IMG/VR virus record: IMGVR_UViG_3300033067_000541
Location: 1 to 34,324 of that record
DNA length: 34,324 nucleotides
DNA from: a virus
Lineage: Duplodnaviria > Caudoviricetes
Direction: 5' to 3' (one strand)
The translations under genes were made by a program, and so were the position numbers. Position 1 is the stretch's first letter. Each line of letters starts with the position of its first letter. Shown one piece after another: positions 1-10,100 of this stretch. Under the pieces are notes generated by a model. That model did not search any database. It had not been told where the DNA came from and saw nothing but the letters and a program-made list of their open reading frames with translations.

Positions 1-504
1 CGCATGGACAAGCGCACCCGTGCTGCTTTGCCCGAGCAGCGCGGTTCCGGAAGTGGGGGGCAGAGGCAGTGACCGTTCGGTCGTATCGCTCCAGTAGCTC
101 TTGAGGCTGCGATCTGCGCGAGCCTTGAGTTCCTGAAGATACTCGCCCTGCTTGTCCAGGCGGTTCATCAGGGCGACAGCGCCAAAGGAACCGCCATTCG
201 ACAGGCTGAGGTCCTGATTGTAGCCCTGCACACGATCGGCAACGATGCGTTGCGATGATGTCAGGACTTCCTGACCCGATGTGAGAGTGAACGTCCGCGC
301 ATCCTGTGTGCCGCCAACCGTATAGTCCGTGTTCAGCGAGAGCGTGGTTCCGTCTTCATCCGTGGTGCTGTCATAGCGGACAAGCCTGATATGACTGGTC
401 GAGACAAAGCGGATGGCCTGCGATGTGCCATCGACAAGGCTGTATGGGCCCCTCGTGCCGTTGCCAGAAATAATGACTCTTGGGACTTGGGTTTCAAGGG
501 TCAT
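1..504 (-). CDS. Tail fibre/tailspike, T7 gp17-like N-terminal virion-attachment domain (3' end runs off the window)
   Basis: Not in the ORF track; translated by hand from ATG 504 (ATGA overlap with the HNH stop): MTLETQVPRVIISGNGTRGPYSL...LSLNTDYTVGG...DRVQGYNQDLSLSNGGSFGAVALMNRLDKQGEYLQEL. Open for 168 codons to the edge. The GNG, DYTV and LDK..LQEL pattern and the position after the ejection genes fit. Confidence 0.85.
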   Translation of the reverse strand, partial: MTLETQVPRVIISGNGTRGPYSLVDGTSQAIRFVSTSHIRLVRYDSTTDEDGTTLSLNTDYTVGGTQDARTFTLTSGQEVLTSSQRIVADRVQGYNQDLSLSNGGSFGAVALMNRLDKQGEYLQELKARADRSLKSYWSDTTERSLPLPPTSGTALLGQSSTGALVHA

Positions 505-1115
505 GCGCGAGCCCTGCTAAGCCGAGGAGTTTTGGGGATGATACCAGTGACGTGCGTCCAAGCGCCGCCCCTGCGGATATGACAAATGTGAGTTGGCGCC
601 ACACCATAACGTCTTGCCAAAATGCAGGGCCGCTCATTGCCGATGATAATTCCGACCACTTGTTCGGCAGTCAGCTTTGCGCTGTGATTTTTCTGCCCGA
701 CAATGGCCGTGCCTTGCGCGTGCTTGTCGAATTGATTTTCGACCGCAGTCGCCCATCGAACGTGGTTTGGGTTGACGCAGCCCTTCTTGCCGTTGTTGCA
801 AGAGTGAGCAGCGAGATACGCTGGAGATGGAGGTTCACCATGTGCGAGCCTGCACATTTGTCGGTGAGCGCTCGTATGCTGCCTTTTCCAGACTATTTTG
901 CCGTAACCGCCGGGGTTCAGAGGAAATGGCCAAAGCAGGCACTCGTCTGATTGATAATTTACGTGCTCAAGTAAAAACCTCTCATGCGCACCAGCCTTGG
1001 CCTTCGGTCGCGGGTTGAAGGCGCCGTGATACTCAGCTTGGTAATAGTGATTTTTGCACCACCCGCGCGCGTAGCGCGGCTGCTCGCACATCGCGATTGA
1101 ACAGATATCTGTCAT
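501..1115 (-). CDS. HNH homing endonuclease with N-terminal Cys/His zinc finger and C-terminal HTH
   Basis: CSIAMC...RGWCKNHY finger; ECLLWPF..GYG; AHRQMC..AHG; AAHSCNNGKKGCVNPNHVRWATAVENQFD core; AKLT...LARRYGV..THI HTH. Confidence 0.9.
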   Translation of the reverse strand: MTDICSIAMCEQPRYARGWCKNHYYQAEYHGAFNPRPKAKAGAHERFLLEHVNYQSDECLLWPFPLNPGGYGKIVWKRQHTSAHRQMCRLAHGEPPSPAYLAAHSCNNGKKGCVNPNHVRWATAVENQFDKHAQGTAIVGQKNHSAKLTAEQVVGIIIGNERPCILARRYGVAPTHICHIRRGGAWTHVTGIIPKTPRLSRARA

Positions 1116-1171
1116 AGGCTCTCGTTCCTCGCGATGAAGCGGGGTTGAAGTCGGGTTAGTTGTTGGTCAGG

Positions 1172-4100
1172 TCAGTTCTTGGGAGGCGGTCCGAAGAAGA
1201 TCGCAGCGGGGTTGTCAGTCTCGCCGTTCCACAGCGCCATCGCTCCACGAACGGTCGCGTCAAGCTGGGCCGCGGGATAGTGGAAGATCATGCCAGCCGT
1301 CCTGTTCGCAGGCCGCCAGAAGCTTTCATCCAAGTCGAGTTCAGCTAGAGCCTTTGCCGCGTTGGTGCCTTCAGCGAAGATGCCAAGGCCGGCAGGACCG
1401 CGGTAGCTGAAGGCGTCATCGCCTCGCGCAGCGCCAGCTATCTGCGAAAGGCCGACGAACTGGCTCATCAGGAAGGAGACCTGCTCCCGCGCATACTTCT
1501 CCCAGTAGTCGTCATCGTCATCACCACCGCCCTTGGTCCACGCATCAAGCGCCATCTTGCCGGCCACTGGAACGGCAAGCAGGAGGACGAGATCAAGGCT
1601 AAGAGCCGCTACACCCAGCGCCGTTTTGGTGTTCCTGACACGCTGAACGGACAGGTTATACGTCGTGATCATATAGCTCATGAAATTGGTCAGGAGCCGC
1701 AGGGCTGCTGAATAGCGCGTCCCTGCCCCTGTTTGGATCGCTGCCGTCTGGTGGATCTCGCCGCCGCCCTGAGCATCGATGACGGCTTGGTCCGCCTCAG
1801 CAATCGCATCGGCCTCGTTCATTCCGGCAGCGCTGGCCTTGAAGTACCCCGCATACCAGGTCGGGACGTCGACGCTGTAGAACTGAATGTTGGACATCAG
1901 CCAGAACAGATTGTCGGTAACCCAGCGGGGCGTTACGCCCTTGCGCATCGAGGAGCGAAGGGCTGAAAGTTCCGGGCTTTGCGATTGCCTGCGGTTCTTC
2001 ATGAAGTCGGATTTCTCGGTCGCCCACGAAGCCCGGCGCCTGATGGTCAGGGCATCGGTGCCCATGGCGGCATAGCCCTTGGCGACCCAGTAACCGCCGA
2101 CACGGACCACTGAGTTGGTCACACCGAGAGGCTGGAGGGCCGCTGTCGCCACTTTCCAGCCAAGGCCCACAACCGTAGCCCCGTTGCGCAGATGGTTCAG
2201 GACGCCACTTGCGCCTTCAAGACCGAACTTGGCCGTGACTACCGTGTTGATGATCGTGTTGTAGATTTGCCGGCCATGACGCTGGACAATGGCATCCTCA
2301 ACGACTTTCTGCTTGAGAAGCCGGCCAGCGTCGAAGAAAGCTTCTTCCGTCGCAATCGACGTGGCGACCTGATCCAGATGCTTCGAGACCACGTCAATGA
2401 CGGATAGCCGCAATGGAAGCGTGACCCTGCCCTCGACGCGCTTCTTGCCAAAGCCCGGTTGCGTGCGATTGCCGACCTTCGGAACCGCGCCCTTGGTCTC
2501 TGCCTCGACTGCACGCTGCCCCGCCTTCGAGGAAAGCTCAGGGTCGAACATGATCGGGTAGTATCCGCCCTTGTACCCGCCGAACTTCGTGGCGATCGGA
2601 ATAGGGGCAACCTTATCCATTGGAACGCCGTGGACGGATTCGTGCACCTTGTTCGCTTCGGGGAACCAGGTGTCGAGATAGTCCCAGACGCTTTGAACGA
2701 AGTCCCAATCCTTCTTCGTCAGCGTGTCCAGCACCGATGCGATGCCTGCTTCATCCCAGCCTGTCGAGTCCATGAGACGGGCGCGGTTCTTCTCGTTGCC
2801 CCAGTTGAGCGCAACCGCCAGCCTGCCCTGCTTCGTCAGGCTCACTCCGAGCTGGGCGAAATGGATGCGCTCCTTGAAGAACCTGCCCCGCTCGGCTTTC
2901 GAATAGACGCCGAACAGCTTGTCCAGATCCTTGCCCATCTGCTTCCGAAGGACGGCGAGACGGGCGAACGCGTCATTCAGCGGCCGAACGATGTAGTTCC
3001 AGAACTGCCCACCATCCTTGCCGCCCGCGAACTGGCGAGCGAGGGATTGCAAGGTCCGGTGCATCGCGAAGTATTTGAGGACGCCACGCTTTGTCTTGGC
3101 CGCGAATGTATCGGATTCCACAGGCTCGCGCGGTTTCCGGTTCGGCTGGTTCGTCTCGATCTCCGCCGCGATATCCTCAGCCGCAAGCGACAGCCGGCGG
3201 CGCTCGCCTTCCTTGATCAGCTTATCCTTGAGGGTGGCAAGCCTCCAGATCATGTCCGCTTCATCGCGGACGCCCATCAGCTCGTCGACAGTCAGTGATT
3301 TGTAGTTCCGGGCGTCGACGCCTTCAGCCAGATCAACCAGCGTCCGTGACTTCTCGATTGCCGCCTGTGCCTCAGCCATTTGCTCGGTCGGGGACTTGGT
3401 TGCATCGTTGTAGGCCGCGAACGGATCAATGCCCGCCATCTGCCCCTGCAGCCATGCCGCTCGAGCAGCCCGCTTGTTCTCGCCCTTCTTCGTCTCATTG
3501 CGGAACTGGTAATCGGTGAGCAGACCATTCATCTGCTCGGCATAGTCCTTGCCGGCATGGAACAGGCGCTGCTGCTTGGTCTTGGAGCCGTAGTCTAGGA
3601 GATGCTTGCGGGCGCTCTCGATCTTGTCTGCGAGCTTCCGGCCTTCAGTGTACATGTGGGAGTTGATCAGGCGGTAACGGGCATACTCCGCAGCCTTTGC
3701 GAAGTCGCCTTTCTCCGCAGCCTCGATGGCTTTCTTTGACCAGCGGCGTTCGAGGACGAGCCACTGATTGAAGTTCAGGACTTCGCGGACCTGCTTTGAA
3801 CGAAGGTTCTCAATGGCCTGCTGCTTCGCGAGATTTGATGCGGCCTGCTGTCCCGTGGCCTTTGCCAATGCATCAAGCTCGATCTCGAACTGGCGCTGCT
3901 GGATCTCATTACGGGCATAGGCCGCTGCTTCCTGCTCCAGCGTTCCGTCCCGGAAGATGTCGCCATGCTTCGCGATCATGCGGCGCCGGGTTTCTTCGCG
4001 GATCAGCTGGTTACGCTTGGCGCCCTGATTGAGACCTTGGAGCAGCGCATTGCCGTCCGCCATCTTGAAGAACTCGGCCGCCTCATCCGGGCCGATGGCG

Positions 4101-7100
4101 TTTTCCTGTTGGCCTGAGAGGACGTTGGCGAGCTGGTCGCGGAGACCGAATAGCGGATCGCCTGTGATGTCGACGCCGTTCTCTTCGAACCAGGCTTCCC
4201 AGCGTTCGGCGGATTCCCGCTCTTGCACCGCTGGCATGTCATTGGCGGTATAGAGGACAGCCTGCCCATCAACATCGTTCCTGAGCGCATCCAGAAGCTC
4301 GGCAGGGGTTGGCGGGCTGGTGAAGTATCCTGCCTCGTAAGCTGCCTCGGCTGCGTGATCGAGCGTGTAGCTGCGGACCTTCTTGCCGTCCTTGGTCTCG
4401 TCTGCGATCAGGCCCGGCGCTGCCTTCTTCTCCCCGATGATCTTGAGGAGTTCGCCACCTTCATCCACGATGCCGCTATAAGCGATCTTGTCATTGCCGC
4501 TGCCGATCACCCTGCGTTGGGCAAGGAACTTCCACAGCGACTTCGGGCGCTTCTTCTTCAGCGTCTTGCGGACATCGACGGCGATCTCCACGAACTGGTC
4601 TAGGTCGGTCGCTGCTGCGCTGTAGGCGACGATCTCTGGCGGGAGGGAGGCTAGCGCCTCCTCGCCATATTGCTCCTTCACGGCCTGTAGGTTGAGCCGC
4701 ATGGGGGGAAGATTTGGGGGCGGTGCTGTGCGGCCTGTAGTGTTTGCCGCTTGCGCCAGAAGCTTGCTGCTTCCTGATTGAGAGGGGTCGAAGGAGGCAT
4801 CAGCATCGCGGATATTCTTGGGGTCAAAGATGACGACCTCATCTCCTGCTCGGACGCCATCATATCCGTTTCGCTTCAGCAGCTCCGAAAACTCATCGGC
4901 TCCAATGTTGCGCTGGATAGCGGCGGCGACAGTCAGCGGAAAGCGGACGCCATCTCGTTCCAGTTGCCGATATGCGAGATCTGCAACCGCGTCCTTTTCG
5001 CTTGGGTAGTAACGAGCGACTGCTGAATCTGCATCTGTCCAAACAGTTGCTACGCCATCAGCGTCAATCATTTCGTCGGGAATACTGTGGTTCATCCGGC
5101 GCGAATATGGGTCCATCCGCACTTGGATTTTTTCTACATTGACCTTTGCGACCGCGTCTTCCCACTGCTTGGAAAGCTCTTCGACCTGCCGAGGGAGCCC
5201 TTTCATCCCCTTTAAGGAACTCAAAAACTCCGGCACAATTTGCGTAACGAAGCCACCATCAGTTACTTCAAAAAGTTTTCCCTTGGCGTAAGCCTTTATA
5301 ACTCTAGCCGTAGGAGATGGTGCATCGGCCCCGGGCGCCCATTCTGCGAAATAGTTGGCCTCACCCGGGGAAGTAGAAAAGTACGTACCTTTTCCATAAT
5401 GACCAGTATCGTTGCGATGCCTCGGGCTAGCTGAAAACTCATCGAAGCTCTTGTCAGTCCCATGATACAGCGGCGTCTCTACATCAAACCCCTGCTCTCT
5501 CGCCCTCTGCATCCTTCCTGCTTCTGACATATCAAGAGAGGATTGCGACAGGCTTCCGCCATCCACATGCTTGATGAACGAATGCGGGAAGCCGCCCGGC
5601 ATCTGGGTATAGCCGTAGCGCCGGAACACATCCGGCAGGAATTCATTGAAGACGTTCTCGATATAGACTGCGTCGAGACCGTTATCCCGCGCCTCTTGCT
5701 CAAGACGCGCAACCAGTTCGCGGAAGTCTCCGGGCTTCTCATTCGGCGCCCTGCCGATTTCAAAGCTGGCGTTTTCAGAGTCCGTCCGCTGGATGCTTGC
5801 CAGATCGAGTGTCGTGACAAGCTCGCCCCTCTCGTCCACGCGGCGACCCTTGCGGAGATAGACCTCGTACTTGTCGACAAGGATGTGCGCGTTCTGCAGC
5901 GGCGTCGCCATGAACTGCCGGATCGCAGCAACGCCTGCATCGCTCAATTGGGAAAGCGACCCCTGCTCCTCGGCCTTGACCCGCTGAACGGCCTCGACAG
6001 GAACGCCCACAGCCCGCGCGATCTCACCCACGCGCATAGTTGCGAAGGCGTTCGGATGGCTGATCAGCCAGTCCTGCACCAGCGACATGCCGGCATCGAT
6101 TGCAGCGAGGCGCTTGGCCTGCTCTGGCGACACACGCTCCCGGAACATCCTGCGTGCTTGGTCGACGCCAATGGCGGATGACTGCGTTGCCGCCATGATC
6201 GCGGACAGCGACACATTGCGTGCAGCTTCGGGGTTGGTCTTGAAGTAATCCAGTACCCGCTGGATTTCAGCGGCGCGCTCAGTCGGTCCTACGCGTTGGG
6301 CGAGCTCAGAAGTTCCCTCGCCGCCGCCATTATCTTGACCGACAGCTTCTCCCGCGACCGGAGCGGCAGGTTCTTGATTGCCAGCAAGGGTCCGCGCAAG
6401 CCGTACTGAAGGATTTGCGCTCTCATCTCCTGATCGCTGCACCGCGCCAGCTGCGCGGAGTTCATCAAGGGTTGCCCAGGTGTGACGCTCATCGACGTTT
6501 TCCTGCGTGCCCGGGACCTCGGTTCCCGGCGGGTTCGCCCAGCGCCATTCTGCGGGCATCCGAGACCGCCACTCTACCTGGCGGGCCTGCCATTCTCCAT
6601 GATTGTGTAAATAGACGTTTAACGCTGCGTTGGTCTCCAGCGTCACTTCATCCATCGGCTCGAACAGGATGCTGCCTGATCCCTCTGCTGAGGCCAGCTC
6701 CAGAAGCTTGGCGTCCAGCTTGCGAAGCCGGGCGACCTCGGATTCGAACATCTTCGTGCCGCGATAGAACTCGACGCGGTTGCTGGCGCCACCTGATGCG
6801 AAACCGCCGAATGCCTGAATGGCGTGCTGGATTTCGTGCTGGATCGTCTCCATGAGCGTGTTTGATCCCGCCACGCTGCCGCGGGCGTTGATCAGGGGAA
6901 CGATGCGCGTTTCACCGCTCGGGAAGGTCACGGGTTGCGCGCCTTCGAACCGCCCGCTCTGCGCACCGGTGCTGGCCTTCAGGTACACAGTCCGCAGGAT
7001 CGGCATGGCCTCGAACAGCTCGGGCCACTCAATGAGCTGGTCCAGCCGGCCGCTTTGCGCCTTTGTCTCGGGGTTGAAATTGAACTGCGGCTTGCCTGGG

Positions 7101-10100
7101 ATTTCCCAGACCCAGTCGCCAAACTTGGTCTGCGCCCAGCCTGTCTCCCGCCAGATGTCCTCTTTGCTCTCCCCGCCGATATCCATCAGCGTGGCGCGCA
7201 TCAGCGAATGAAGCGGAGCACCGGCCGCGCTGCGTGGCGCGAACTGCGCAAGCTCTGGCGACGACAGCGTGTCCTGTGTTCCGGTCGTGGCGTACCAGTC
7301 GATACCCTGCATCCCGGCCAGACCCTTGCGCGGGTCGTAGATGCCGTGCTGAAGCTTCAGATCACCAAGGCCCATGATCTCCCGGGCGAGGTCGTGGCTG
7401 TAGCCGGCGGCTGATCCCTGAAAGGCAATGATCCGTCCATTTGGCGCCTTGAAAAGCATGATCACCGGATCGACACCGTCCGCGCGCATCCGCTCCTGCA
7501 GGCGCTTCAGGTTCTCATCGTTGGCGTCAGGCTCGTAATACCGCGAGAAGGCCAGCGCCTCGTCGTACTGTTCGAGGCTCGCCATGGCATCTGCCATGTT
7601 GGCGGCTTCCTCGACCAGCCCTTCCCGTGTCGCCCGCCAGCCCTTGCCAGAGAGCCATGCATAGGCGCGCTGTTCGGGTCGCTCGTCGATCTCGGATTGC
7701 ACTTCGCGGCGGGTTTGGCGCTCCTCATCGCGCCACCAGGCCTTCTGGTTGCGCTCGTAATCTTCCATCAGCCGGGCCATGAGTTCGGCCTCTGCGCGCT
7801 CCTTTGCGGCCAGCAGGCGTTCCCGGGTCTTCTCGACTTGGCGTTCGGTGATGACGCCTTTCTCCAGCAGGGCCTTTGCCATGGCCTCGGCATCGCGGGT
7901 CATGGTCGATGTCTGCGCCTTGATCGCCTCGTCCGTCGCCAGCATCCGGTCGAAGACCTGCCGGATTTCATCGTTCAGCTTCACGCGGGAGCCGATCGAC
8001 GTGACGCTCTTGTAGATGCGGAGGAGCCATGCCTTGAAGCTGGCGAACACGCTGCGGAGGGCCGATGTCGGAGCCTTGCCCTCGCGGAGGTAGGCTTCGA
8101 AGCTCTCAGCAAAGGCCTCCTGGATATCCCGGCCTTCCTGTGTGAAGTTCCCCTGATCGTCGAACATCGCGGTCCAGTTCGGGGACTTGCCCTGCCATTC
8201 GAGGATGGCGGCGATCTGCTCCATGACGAACGGGTGAACCATGTCCTGTGGGTTCAGGATCGCGGACATTTCCTCAGCGGTGAGGACGCTGCCTTCCCTG
8301 ACCGTCATCGTCGGGGCGGTCGTCTGCGCCGGGATGTTCGCCATGCGCCAGAGGGTGTCGAGATACCAGTGCGCGGCTTCGTGAACCAGCGTCGACAGGT
8401 TCGAGCTTTCGAACAGGCGGATCGTTGAACGGCCCATGGCGCGCGGGGTGAATGAACCGCGCTTCTCTTGGGCGAGGCTCAGTTCCTGGCGCCGCGCCTC
8501 GACCGCCTTCCAGTTATTGTTGGACGCGACTCGGGCCTTCTTCGTCCTCTCTTTCACAGATAGATGCGGGAAAAGCTGCCGTCCGATCTCCGCGTTATCT
8601 AGCCCGCGCGCTTTGAGATCGATGATCTTCTGCGTCTCGGCAGATAGCGCCGGTCCAGTCCTAAGCTTCTGGACTTCAAAGCCTTTTTCACGAACGCGCG
8701 AAAGAATGCGCGCAACGTCCTTGGGCTCCATTAGATGATCACCATCGCGGTTGGCGTTCAGGCGATCCGTGACCTCGTCATTGCTGCCGCCCTTGATGGC
8801 TTCCTTCCAGACTTCAAACTCATGCGGAGGAAGCTTCTCGGACGCTGCCAGCACGGTTTCATCATCGACCTGAATGGCCTGGCGCTGGAGACCCTGATCA
8901 AGCGAGCCGGCGTCTTCCTGCCCCGTCAGGCTGGTGACGATGTCGAAGCCCTGCTCCTTCCACAGCGCTTCCGGGTCCTGCCCTGTACGCTCGGCCAGCG
9001 TCGTCACCATCTCCCCGATGATGGACGCCTGCGTATTGGCGGCCTCGGTATTGAAGATGCCCAGCCCTGCGACCTGTTCCCGGATCACCTCGCGGACACG
9101 GTCGGCGCTATCGGCAAAGGCCTGGTCTACATTGCCAGCCTCAACTTGCGCCTTCTGCTCGGCCTCGAAGACCGATTTCATGGCCTCGCGTTCCTTGACC
9201 GTGAAATCATCGGCACGCAGGCGCATGTTCGGGGAAAGGGCTCCATGGATCGTCTCGCCGGAAACTCCGATCTCCTTCTTCGCGGTCTTCAGTGCGGCGG
9301 CATAATTCCCCGCCGGGATCACGACATCTTCGCCGGACGCGATCGAGGCGTTCATGTCCGCGGGGTCAATGCGGAAGGCCTGCGCCAGCTGGTCTGTGGT
9401 CACATTGGCCGACTGCGCCAGTTCGGTGAACGCTTCAGGGGCCACCCTGACGCTTTCCAGCGGTCCGTCCTTGGTGACAGCTGCGACAGCCTCGCGGTAC
9501 TTGTCAGGCAGCCGGTTCAGCAGTTTGGAGTCGGCAGCACCCTGCGCCATGGCATCGAACGTGGCTGAAAGCTGGTCCGTGCGCTTCTGTTGCGCCTGTT
9601 CAGAAATCCGGTTGAAAGCCACGTCAGCCGCCTTGCCGGCCGCCATCTGGCCTTCCGTGCCTACCAGCGTGGCGACAAATGTTTGCATGGCCGCTGATGG
9701 ACGGTCGTTGAGATACTGCTCCCAAGTCCCCTCGGGCTTCAGCGTCAGCCATTCATCCAGGTCTTGCAGCGCCGTTGCCGCCTGCTCGCCAAGATGTTCG
9801 GCAAGGCGGGACTTGACGCCCTCCGTGATCATCGACTTCACGGTGCCCTTGAGGATGCCCTCGACGATCATCGAGGTCGGAACGACTTCAGTCAGGAACT
9901 CGATGCCGCCCTCGCGCAGGGCAAAGCCGACGCGGGCCGCAACCGACAGGTCAGGACGCTCGTCCGTCGCCCGGCTGTAGGCTTCGCCTGCCGTCAGGCT
10001 CGACATGCCAGCCATGGCGATTTCGGGATTGCCGGTGACAACTGACGCCGCGATCAGCGGGACGTTCTGAGTCAGGCTCTCGATGCCGGAATAGTATCCA

